Assembly: GCA_030141605.1 (NCBI GenBank) | Contig: JAQGDQ010000047.1 | Span: forward strand, 372,001-436,000 | Reading direction: 5' to 3' | Source: Tubiluchus corallicola | Lineage: Eukaryota > Animalia > Priapulida | DNA length: 64,000 nucleotides | In this document: positions 27,601 through 38,800 of the stretch, piece by piece | Layout of the letters: the number at the start of each line of letters is the position of its first letter | Numbering within the stretch: the stretch's first letter is position 1 | Position numbers and translations under genes: made by a program | The notes under the pieces: generated by a model | Told to the model about the DNA's origin: nothing | What the model saw: the letters and a program-made list of their open reading frames with translations, nothing else | The model's database searches: none

Positions 27601-30354
27601 TGCAAGTGGACTTGGAACATTTACTAGATTCTTAGCAGCAGTTATTTGATGTCCACACTGCCTGCACAACAACAAATCTAGAAATAAAAAAAGAGGAAGA
27701 TTACTTGATCTATACTGACATGTAGATCTTGTTACTGACACTGTCACTGTCACTACTGTCATCAGCCAGCTTTATACTATCACAATAGTCATTATAATGA
27801 ACCTCTCTGCCTCCTGAAAGACAATGAAACAACTTGGATGACCTGGCATCATAACTAGTGCATAAATCACATAACTGCTATTCTCATGCAAAAAGTAAGA
27901 ATGGATGCATTCTGCACTCCAAATGTATACTACAATATTTTGAGTAATGAGTAATGCAATATGAGTAATTTTGCAAACAAAGAACATACACACAGAACAA
28001 TAATTTTAATTTACTTTTTATAACCGACATTTTATTCTTGATTAAAATTCCATATTGTAATTTAGAACAATGTCAGGTCTAATAGATTTAATAAAAGATT
28101 TAGTTTTACAAAAGGAACAGTCAGCTTATGAGAGTCTACAGCTACATGAAAGAACATTGTGTTTTCAGAATATTAAATTATATTATACATATACAAGATT
28201 AAATGAAATTTCAGTGAAACATAATTATTTCAATGAAGACGTGGCAAAATGCAGTATACTATTATTATAGTATTAATCTGGCATGCTATCTATCAGTTAT
28301 ATTATCAGTAAAATAAAATGTGAGAGATTCTACATGCTTTCCCGAAGAATTGTAAACCCCTGGAACTCGCTACTAGAACTGGAGTGACTGATACATAGAT
28401 CTGTAAACAATTCATTTGGATAAGTTTTGAGCAAAGAAAGATTTGCTGCACAATATGTGGGCCAATCGGAATGCCTTACATTGTAGGAACATGTGTGGCT
28501 ACTCTCAAGAAGGAACTCAGGATAGATGTACTCGTCTTGCTATTAATTTGGATCCCACTTTGATCTCTACTCTCAAGCAAAGGTGTGAAACTGTAGATAT
28601 CATGAACTGTTTCAAAGGAATCAGTGGAAATACAGCTCTTACAGACTTTTTTCCAGGCCTCCCAGGGTTCTCGTCGTCATGAGTCTAGTTATTTGTGCAA
28701 CTAGATAGAACTAACACCAGATCACACCTCTTTCGGCATCACATACTTCAACCATGGAATCACCTTTCATCATCAAGTTTTTCATCAGTTGACAGTTTCA
28801 AAAGGCATTTGAGAGAGGACCGTTTACAGATAGTTACCATCTAGATCCTTATTTCTTTGGATAAGGTACCACTTGCACGCCCACAAAAGAGGTGACTAAT
28901 GAAGTTTAATGAGTTAAATGTTCAAAACTTAATAAATTTCAATTAAGCCATAGAAATGCGATTCTAACAAGGCGTGAATTTTTACCATTTTCATTTTCAG
29001 CCCCTGGTGCGTTTTGAGCCTGCAAAACATTAGCAAAGGACAACACAAACATAATCAAAAATTGCGGCAAAACAAAATAATTTGCAAGCGTGTCCATTAT
29101 TCAAGTAGTATAATCAATAGAAAAACTTCGCAATACTAAAATACACATGACAATAATTATAATTCAACTGATCAGTGGACCAGTAGCAACAGCATACTAA
29201 GAAATTGCCAACAAACAGTCAAACAATCAAAAAACATGAAAGAGAAGAAACCTTTTCGCTTTTCTCATGAAAAATTCAATACAGTGTTTTTTCATTTGTT
29301 GTTATCCATATTTTCGGCCAACTGTGAAGGAAAAAACCACAGAAGCACAAAGCTGTGATAAATTGTTTACTTTTGATAACAATCATTAACTGTGTTTATG
29401 TTTAACAGACAGCAAATAGCCAAACTGATGCAATAACTAAAAACTAAAAAGTTATTTCCAACAAAACAGATAAGACGATTAAGAAGTGACACGCAGATGC
29501 AAATAACAATAATAATAGTCAGAAGCGTATAAATAAAATTTTATGATATTAAATATTGTACACTCAAAGTACTGTGCATAGAAAGTATATGCATTATAAT
29601 GGTATATTATGTACAGGTATTAAAAAGCCTTTGCTAGTGAAGTAATAGTACAAAACAATTTATTACATCAAAGAAATGCTGAAACAATAGAGAATCTATA
29701 ATGTACCAACTAAGTACGAGCGTGTGGCCTTGACTGTGTGTCGCACACCACCTGCAATCTTCAGGGGTATGATTTGAAACTAGAAGAGATGAACTCTGTA
29801 GATCCTCTGAATTTGAATGTAAATACTGCAGAATACTGCACCATTCTTTTAAAGAAATGCAGCATGTGGGGCAACAATACACCATCTCAATTTATATGAT
29901 TTGACACCAGGTCAAACTCTTGTATTGAATGGTGCTCCAGGCTTCACTGTATGTCTTTGGTGGCATTGCAGAACAAGTGAATTTTCAGCCATTAAAGTAC
30001 AGAACCAAACAGCTGGGTTTACACTGATACATACCAGCCTGTGATTACCACTAATATATTCTCACCAAACTTAGTGCCCATTTTCCAAAATGAAATATAA
30101 AGTGTTAAAAAAAACAAAATAATAATTATGCAGCACTTATTGTACATTCAGTTTAAGTTATTTGCCAACATTGTTCTCCGTTCATTAGTGTAGCGTGCCT
30201 TGGTCTAGGAGCTGACACGCTGTCGTCAGAGAAAATCCATCTGTCTCCCAAGAATTAGTGTTTTGTGTTCATTTACGTGTAGGCAACACAGTAAGATAGA
30301 GACAATCAATATCAACATATAAAGCATATCCATCATACAATCTTTATACATCAT
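24632..30354 (-). CDS. Secreted cereblon-like CULT (thalidomide-binding, yippee/beta-tent fold) domain protein, 178 aa; exons 30354-30277, 29019-28986, 27677-27531, 27023-26888, 26191-26097, 24678-24632
   Basis: Spliced product MMYKDCMMDMLYMLILIVSILLCCLH|AQNAPGAENEN|DLLLCRQCGHQI...LFQNPH|GNRFEVI...KDSWFPGYTWRIAICPRCGHHMGW|TFEA...FVGLILSHLLHKD|YVDSLLIVPKAFKNR*. It has two CxxC zinc motifs, NPHG, and the SWFPGYxW...GWxF cereblon signature. All introns are GT-AG and the exons sum to 537 nt in frame. No LON domain is present. The first two exons are less certain than the last four. Confidence 0.88.
25572..25710. repeat. Degenerate minisatellite (3 copies of cactggcacactattacac-like unit)
   Basis: Near-identical motifs at ~25572, ~25638 and ~25686. 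Confidence 0.6.
28320..28915 (+). mobile_element. Decayed CR1/L2-like LINE 3' fragments
   Basis: Reading gives RIVNPWNSL (~28345) and HILQPWNHL...VDSFKRHL (~28740-28810), resembling the WN.LP...FK..L end of CR1/L2 ORF2. Confidence 0.45.
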
Positions 30355-30539
30355 CCTAAAATCAAGCTCTATCTTACAATAATTACTGCTGAAAGTAAAA
30401 GCATACTCATTCTCCTGGATCACTCATTTCTTGATTCTTTTTCAGAGCTTCTCACTTCTGAGCTAGCAACAAGCAATAACTACTATTGCTCTGATGCACT
30501 GGTATATTTATACCTTCCCAGTCATAGCTTTCCATCTCC

Positions 30540-30820
30540 GAGAAGTTCCGAAAAAGAATCGTGCTTTTCTTCAACACAAGAATGTATTAGCTAGCAAGAA
30601 ATTAAGTCTTAACATAAGACTCCGTTTATTTAATGCTTACGTTGCCAGTACCAGTATATTTATGTACAACAGTAAAACAAGGGGATTAATTATCACTCAA
30701 GGAAAGCAGACTGACATGTGCACATTTTACACAAGTCTTCTAAGGAAAGTTTTAAAGAAAAGATGGCCATACATAATCAAAAATGAAGATTTATACACTA
30801 AAACAAAAGAAATTCTGTGA
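30540..30820 (+). mobile_element. Decayed RTE-like LINE ORF2 C-terminal fragment
   Basis: LSLNIRLRLFNAYVAS..FMYNS...LLRKVLKKRWPYIIKNEDLYTKT resembles the post-RT region of RTE-clade LINEs. Confidence 0.6.
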
Positions 30821-30855
30821 CGGGAACACGAAAGAATTTCCTTCATAGCATATGG

Positions 30856-32035
30856 TGTTCTCAGAAATCTTTAATTCTGTATATATAAAAAAAATGAAAA
30901 TAATATATTTGAACTGCTTTCACTGCTTACAAATGTATCATGATCTAATTATTATAATTTGAGACAATAAATATTACTCACATCGTGCGGCTATAACATC
31001 TTAATACATCCTTGGAATGTCATACTGGTTTACAGCAAATCAGGTAGAAACACTACAAATAATTACTTGAACATTTATCTAGACATTATTTAACGTTTGC
31101 TGAGGTTTCTGTAGGCGTGTTTAGTGAGGCTCAGCCTAATTTACAACTTCACAGGTAAAATTACAGGTAAGTTCACATAGGTGCTGCCACCTACATGTTA
31201 AGGCCAGAAACTGACCTTAACACACCCCCTTTAAATGGGACTTGAGTGCCATTTTCTACTAAAAGAATAACAAAATTAATATGTTTTTTCAATTAAACAT
31301 AATTTGTTTATCGGTTGGGTTAGAAACGTATTTTTGGTCTTTATGGTTGCAGAGCGGACGCATCCATCGTCACTTGTCTTGACATCTGTAATTCACCCAA
31401 GTATCCACTGGCTTCGTTGGACATTATCGCTTACCAAAACTGTGTCTCCAGCTTTGAGATTTTCTTTGTTGCGTAACCATTTTGTTTGCAGTTACAACTT
31501 TGGCAAGTATTCACAATACCATCTTGTCCAGAATAACTCTGCCATGTACTGGACTTGGCGCCACTTTTTTTTGTATTGGTCCTTTACTTCGAAGTTGCCA
31601 GGCAGCAGTGCAGGATTTGGTCGAAGCAGCAACAAATGGTTTGGTGTCAGTGCTTCTAAGTCATTTGGATCTTCTGAAACAATGGTAAGGGGCCGGCTAT
31701 TTAAAATAGCCTCTACTAGACAGAATAGTGTACTAAGTCTTTTGTCGTCTAGTGTTTGCTGTTCCAAGATACTGACTAAAACTTTCTTTACAATTCTAAT
31801 CATGCGCTCAAAGAAGCCAACAAAATGGCTAGCTGAAGCAGGGTTGAAGATCCATTCTATATTTTTCTGACATAGAGTGCTTTGAATTTGACTTTGGTTC
31901 CATTCAGTTATAGAATTCTGAAGCTCTTTTTGGGCACTAACAAAATTCGTACCCTGATCAGACCTGATTAGTCTTGCTGGACCTATTCGGCTTATGAAAT
32001 GTTGCAGTGCTTGAATGAAAAAGCTGGTTTCGAAG
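30856..32035 (-). mobile_element. BEL/Pao LTR retrotransposon 3' remnant: integrase C-terminus, polypurine tract and 3' LTR (~31222-30856)
   Basis: The minus strand reads IRSDQGTNFV...IEWIFNPASASHFVGFFERMIRIVKK...EAILNSRPLT...LTPNHLL...WRQVQYMAELFWTRWYCEYLPKL* (BEL/Pao integrase plus DUF5641-like region, with stops). A purine tract AAAGGGGG is followed by TGTTAAGG (LTR start), and the LTR end reads ATTAAA...GAGAACA. Confidence 0.88.
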
Positions 32036-32039
32036 GTGT

Positions 32040-32510
32040 GTGTAGGTGTACATGGGATCTTCTGTTGGTATTGGATATAAGTTTAACGAATTTTTTTTTG
32101 ATTGATAATCAAGGGATACAAGGTGGATGTTGCAATGAAAGTTATGTGATTTCCATGAAAGTTTGGAATTTATTAACACACTTAAGTATTTAATTTGCTT
32201 GACAAGTTGCAATTTAGTTGATCTCATTGCTAAATTTAATGACATATTTTTATTTTTTGGGGTCTGCCAATTAGCATGTATTTGGAATAAGTTGGTAAGT
32301 TCATTATTGGAAAATTCTTCAGGAGAATTTATGTTAGTATCAGAAGTAAAAAGGTTAGTATCATCAGCAAAAAGCCTAGTACGTAACTGTGTACTTAAAG
32401 GGAAATTGTTGATATAAAGTAAGGAAAACAGAGGACCAATAGTTGATCCTTGCGTGACCCCACACTGTACATCCAACAGATCAGAGCCTTTGTTAGAAAT
32501 ACATCTGTAT
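32040..32510 (-). mobile_element. CR1/L2-group LINE reverse transcriptase fragment
   Basis: CGVTQGSTIGPLFSLLYINN...LFADDTNL...IKYLSVLINSKLSWKSH corresponds to degenerate GVPQGS.LGP, FADD and KYLG..LD..L.W..H motifs. Confidence 0.85.
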
Positions 32511-32899
32511 AGAAGAAGTAACAAAATTATTGTGAACTGTGTGCCAGTGTATGACCTTATTCTTATTGTTAGCATGAAATTCTTAGCAACAGAGTTGTGA
32601 ACGTGTGAGGAGTCACTATTTTGGTCGCAATTTAGTGGACTAACAAGTAAACAAGGCAAAGTAAAAGGAATTCGTGGAAACAGTGAAAAAAAGATATTGG
32701 CTATTGTAGGTAGTGTTTGGAAGTGAAAGCGAAATGAAAATTTGTTTTTCATTTTTCTTTATTCTGGATTTTTTATTAGTAGTGTGTTGAAGTAAATACT
32801 AACTAATTGTATTTTCTAACTATAGGATTTACAAGTTTTACCAACGTTTTGAAAAATATTTCTAATGTATTAATAGATGTAAGTTGCTTATAAATTTGC

Positions 32900-33400
32900 A
32901 AACAATAACTGCGACGTCCGCGTTTTCGCGACGTGATTCCGTATTTGTATTGCTTCGCCTTGTGCCGCTTTGCGGAGACGCAAAAAAGAGATGAAGACAT
33001 GACCGTTATGTAGTTTCTATCGTGAAGGATTGTTTACTTTGTTTTTATAGGAAACATTGCTGGTACTGGTAGTGATAGACCAAATGTACGAAAGTTTAGT
33101 ACTTGTATGTTTGGTGCAGGCAAGCTTGGTACAGGTAAAATTGGTACTAGGAAAGTCTGATACTGGCAAAATTTTGTGCTGGGAATTTTTGGTATGCGGT
33201 AATTATGGTACAGGTAAATTAGGTGCTATCACCTTTATTCACTAGGAGTAGGAAATTGTGGTACTAAGAGTAAGAAAATGTGGTACGGGGAATGTTTGGT
33301 ACAGGCAAATTTGGTACTAAACGAAAAAGAGAGCATTTCTCTATCTCAGTACAAAATAATTGTTTCAACTGGAAAATAGGAAATTTGGAACTATGAAAGT
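32900..33400. repeat. Degenerate ~15-bp tandem array (ggtacaggtaaaatt-like) with adjacent CpG-rich short hairpin; probable non-autonomous rolling-circle/HINE-type remnant
   Basis: Repeated tggtac/aaatt units at 33060-33320 and a ccgc-ttt-gcgg hairpin at ~32965. The family assignment is inference. Confidence 0.5.
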
Positions 33401-33879
33401 TCATAAAAAATCATAATTAACAGTACACTTGCAAATCTTTCAGCAAAATCTGAAAGATCTTCAACTCATTTTGCAAATTTTCAAAAAGCTCGGGCAAATT
33501 TTTTTTGGAAACAATGATTGCTTTCTCCTTTCTTTCTTTTCTTTACAAAATGTATGAAACTGAGGTAAGAAGAGAGCAGTAATGGCCAATGATATCACTG
33601 GAAAAAATGTCCTGCATAAACGTAGTTTGGTTGCCCGTGAGGCCCACAGTAACGACTGAGAACCATCTTGATGCTTCTTCTACTGCTGCGGCTGGCAGTG
33701 GCGATGGCAATGTTGCAATGTTGTCATGATGTTGCTGTTTGACAGCAGTTTTAATGGCAGAAATGGTGTGTCATCGTCAATATCATAGCAAGTTCATTGA
33801 GATTGCCAATGTTTCTTGTTGTATAGTTGCTGGTGCATCTGATTTTGCTTTTACTGCTGTTAACATGGTGATAAAATAA

Positions 33880-34240
33880 CAGAGATGCACGATGGTGATA
33901 CTGACAATGATGATGGTGATGATGATGAGGGCGACAAAAGCAGCAAGCAAGAACTAACATACAACAAGAATAACAACATCAGCAAAAACATCAACATCAG
34001 AAACAACAGCAGCAGCAGCAACATCGACAATAACAACAACAACAATAACGACAGCAATAGTAACAAAACAAAAGCAACAATGATGACATGGTGACAGTAA
34101 TAATGATGATTATGATTTTGATGATGATGGTAATGATTATAACGATAATGATGATATTAATGATGATGATAGTGGTAGTAATTATAAGAAAAATGCAAGC
34201 AAGAAACAGAAAAACTACAACAACAATGACAAGTAACAAA
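33880..34240. repeat. Compound (GAT)n/(CAA)n/(CAG)n microsatellite
   Basis: Directly visible; explains ORFs between 33751 and 34239. Confidence 0.9.
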
Positions 34241-34289
34241 CTACAGACAAACTAACGGGCAAGCAAAACAAATATTGTAAATTTTGAAA

Positions 34290-35025
34290 AAATGTAAGTT
34301 TTGGCACAAAGTATGTGGAGAAACCACAGAAGAAAATGAGAAATTCAGAAAATAATATGGAAGGGTATGAATAGTTTTACAGATTGGAAAAACGGTACTA
34401 GGAGTATGAAACAAAAGAAAAACCTGCTATGAAGAAGGAAAAAATAAAGAGATGGAGAGAGAATCGCCACCTAATATTTTTTACAAAAAAAACTTGAATG
34501 ATTAAATAAAAGTTGTTATAGAGGCACTAGTCGGGTTTGAAGAATCGGGAAAAATACGTGTAAATATGTAAATAGATCCGATACATGCGATACTGTAAAT
34601 TTAGAAATGAGAAATAGTGGGAAGACAACTACTGATGAAAATCAGGTAATAAAAGTAAAACAGAGAAACTAAAAAGGAAAAACAAAAAACTTTACGTTGA
34701 TTTAGGGAAATTGCAGGGCATTAAAAAGAATATCCTGAGTATTACAAACAGTGTGCAAGAATTGATACAAGAAGTTTTCTGCTTAGTTGAAACATTTTTG
34801 AAGAAGTCTGGTGTGATAGAATTTGAAGGATACAGTTTTTTTAGAATGGAGAAAAAAGATAAAAAGGGGCCCGTATGATAATCATTGGAAAATCAGTACG
34901 ACACTGGTTGGTGGTAGAAGTTGATGGAACAGAAAAAAATTATAGTAGTTTGTGGTGGATAATAATGGGAGGATAAGAATGCGACTTGTATGTTGGCCTG
35001 AAGAAAGTAAAGCAAGGGTTCCAGT
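34290..35025 (+). mobile_element. Decayed LINE fragment including AP-endonuclease N-terminus
   Basis: Purine-rich coding-like strand. EVFCLVETFLKK...IEFEGYSFFRMEK..KKG (~34770-34870) resembles the D..CL.ETWL...GY...R.DR...GG motif. Confidence 0.5.
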
Positions 35026-35529
35026 ATGGGTGCACTGAAAGCACATTTTCATCAACCGAACTGAAACCGAATTTTTTATTCTTGGGTGCTACTGAACTGA
35101 AGCTTAACTGAAAGATCGGCTGTGCTGCTGAACCGAAATTCAAATGAAATGTCAAGTTGAACTGGAATACCAGAACGAATTTTTTACCGAAACTGAACCA
35201 GATTTGCTTGTTGTTCTGACTGAAAGAAATTATGGACTCTGTAATATTTTATCATTTTTAGTTAGTGGTAATTGGTGAGTTGTGTAAAATTGTTCTGATT
35301 ACTAAATCTGTGTTTATTTAATGTTGTGTAGTAAAGCATTAAGGGTTTAAAAGCAGCCCTACTTGTTTCAAATCTGTTCAAACTGTTTTGTATAATCAAT
35401 AAAAATAGTAGTTAAGCAAAACTGCAAATAGTATAATTGTTTACTTGCTAGAGTTCTCATTGATTTGTTTCGTTGTGTATAAGCCAATACATCCTGTTTA
35501 AATAATTACAGCACCGCCTTAACTTGTTA

Positions 35530-35801
35530 AACTTACAAAACTGACAGTTTCTGCCTAAGATTTCTTTATGCCCAATACGTGTCGCAGAAAATAAATTTTT
35601 TTGTACAGTTATGTACAAATTGGAATCAGTAAATTTAAATTTTACTGACATTTTTGCAATAGGAAAAAGTTTGTTAATGCATGGTGTTTGATTTTTGTTA
35701 TAGATTTGGCGGCAATTGTTGACATTGACAGTATGTTTTTGTAGAACCGTACTAGTGGGTTTAAAAAGCATGTGAAATAAAGTTTCATTTTTGTTTTTCA
35801 G
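35530..35801. promoter_or_regulatory. Candidate bidirectional promoter and non-coding first exons shared by the CULT gene (-) and RBIS (+)
   Basis: Both genes have an acceptor just before their ATG (30356 on minus; 35801 on plus). A minus-strand donor |gtaagt at 35536 and a plus-strand donor |gtatgt at 35731 (71-nt intron) flank a ~200-bp non-repetitive island. Confidence 0.4.
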
Positions 35802-35828
35802 AGTTTTGCATCAGAACCTGCTTTTGGT

Positions 35829-38800
35829 ATGGGAAAAAATAACAAAGCTTTAGGAAAGCGAAAAGATAAAAGTATTTTTAAAGTTGCTGGTAAAAATATC
35901 ATCAAGTCGAATACAAAAGCAAAAAGTGTGTCCACTAATTTGAAAAAAGTTAGTAGTTTTTACATTTCGTCCTGTAAATGATAATTGCATCATTTTTCTC
36001 TAGCGTATTGAGCTAAGTGCAGTACTAAAATGTTTGGCTTCACCTGTTTTACAGGTAACATTAGCATTGTGTACTGTTTATTGCTTAAAATTTTATAAGT
36101 AGTTAAAGTAATGTGGCTTATTGTATAGCACAATAGTCAATAACGTAAATATTTTTATACATGCAGCATTGCCCCCTAGGTATGCTCCTGTCTTTAATTT
36201 TCTCGAGAATAATTAGCCCAATCAATTGCAGATCAGCATTCGGTGTAGTACAAAGCAATTGTTACTACACCATCACATTGTCACCAACAATATCTGATAT
36301 TAGTACCTGCCATTGATATTATAGGCTTATTGTCAAAGAGTTCAAAAGTGGGATTTTATTCAGAATTCAACAAGACTTCTTCATTTTAAAAAATAAGAAC
36401 TTCATATAAATAGTCTAATATTTCAACTGTCACTGCAACCATCCTTAGTAAAAAACAAGTGGTTTTTATTCAAAAGTACTTAGTTCACTGATGATGACTC
36501 TAACGACAGTTAAAATAATGCCATTGCGGGCTGCAATTTCAGTCAGCATAATGATCAGATTCATTGCTGTTGATTGTTGTACTACATAAAGCTTGGGTAA
36601 AACTGCTAATGTGTAGTTCCTATTGCAGTATCTCATTTAATGCCAAACAGTATGATTTTGAGTGTTGGCATTTATTGTATTTCAAGTGGCAAAAGAATAT
36701 TCAATGGACATGTTTTTTTTCAGATTAATATAGTAACAAGAGATAAAGTAGAAGAGTTGAACAAACAATTCGTAGCTCCCCAAGATGTTAAAATAAAAAC
36801 ACCACTATCTGAACCAGAAAACAAGGTAATGTTTGCTTTGAATACAATAAATCTTTCAGGTTTTTTTATCATTTGACCCTCGGTACAGTGTTACTGCATG
36901 CCTGCTGCAGCTACAGAATTTGGGACCTCTTTAATAGTAGAACTAATCCAGCCTTATTATTTTATATATATATATGTATATGTAATTGTATGATATATAT
37001 ACGTAAATTAGAACAGTTTTTGAATCAGTATTGGTCTCACTCTCTCAAAGATTATAGTGTTTTTAAAGATCTCGGTCTCAGTAGTGAGTCTCGCCGAGAG
37101 CCAAGACAAATGTGGTTCTGATAACACTGAAAATCAGTTTTAACATAGTATGTTTTCAACAACAAGTGTAGGATATAAAAAGTAATTTTAAGTAGTTTTA
37201 AACCTGATAATGTTAGACACAGGTGGCTAGTGAGCTTCTGTGGATCAATAGTCTTGCATTTGGTGCTGCTGGCTACCCAGCAGAACGATTATGTATATAT
37301 GCAGACTGCAAAGTCACGTACGGAGTAAATGCTAGGAATGTTAATGATCGCACCAATAATTATTGATTATCAAACTGATACGAAAAATTTGTTTTTATTG
37401 TTATTGTATCGACAGTAATGTCGTTATCGTGTTAAATTTGATGTTTGTGTGTTGACACAATGGAACACAATGTCGTCACACTGTGATGGAACACGTTCCT
37501 GAATGCGCAACACCAGACCAGTACTGTACTGTCCAAAAACTGAAAATCACTGAATGTACTACAGCATAGCACATTCAGACAATCTCATTCCCATCCCAGA
37601 AATCATAGTCAGCCCAGTCAGCTAATGGGTCATCACATAACTACGTGTACTGAGTGTGAATGTCGCTATGTAGCCTATACTGAGCTGTACTGTTCCGTAT
37701 AACCATTCATGATTCGCACATGTTCATCACACCAGACGTTAGATGAGCAACCACTAGGAATCTATTATAGTTCTTCAAAACTGGAACAAACATAAACTAA
37801 TTGCGTTTCCTACAGGGCCAGGATCACTAGTTGTACATACTAATGAAGGGGCAAAATTTATTTTTCATTGAAACAATATATCTCGGTACCCAGTGGTCAG
37901 ATTTAGGCATCACTGGGTACCAAAATTTCTTCACTGTGTACCAAACTTGGAACCAGCCAACATGTTAAAAGAGGCTGTATCACTGCATATCAGTCACCTT
38001 TGCACCTATTAATATTGTTTTATGATTAAGCAAGGAAGAGACTCATAGATTATGTCTATACATTAATCGGGAAACAACCTACAAAAATATGGTGTTGCAG
38101 TACACTGAGACGCCTTAAACAAACGCATGTTTAGTATTGTTTGTATTACTCGAAATAATTTATCGTATTATATCGTGTCGTCTAAAAACCAGATTATAAA
38201 TATCGTATCGCATTGTTATCTTATTGCCAAATTTATATTGTTTAACATCCCTAATGGATGCTGATGTAATTTTGTAAAAACTAAAGCACTAGGTGAATTT
38301 TTGCATGCTGTACATTATAGAACTGTCTAGACGGTAATATTGTTGTCCAGGGTCTGGTCAACAGGTATGTGACTTGTAGTATATTCCGAATGTTGCTTTG
38401 TATATCATTGCATAGTGTCCCAATTTTCAAGCTTTTCTACTCTCTTACATTTAATTAATATAATGGAGAAAAACTGACAAAGTGGTTTTGGGACAATTGC
38501 ATTACATAACATTACATTAAGATACCTAATCCAAAAATCTGAAGTCTGGAACAGCTATATAAGATCTGTAAACAATTGCACAAACCACCAGTGAACTTGA
38601 AGCCTGAATGAGCATTTAGTTCAAGCGCTTAGTTCGCAATAAAATTTCGCACTAAAATGTCAGATGAGCTTCTCGGTGTTTGTGTTTTTTACGATGATAC
38701 ATTATGCCTTCTAAGAAATCTTAAAATTAATAATTTTAATTGTCACGTCTTTGTACGTATTTGTACCAGTGACTAGTGTCTAGTGCATAATCTACAAATA

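Noticed and set aside
31304-31870. 188-aa plus-strand ORF
   Set aside because: Antisense shadow of the BEL/Pao integrase remnant.
31958-32752. Longest ORF in the track (264 aa, minus)
   Set aside because: Chance read-through of a decayed LINE RT fragment flanked by unrelated sequence and an out-of-frame BEL remnant; not a gene.
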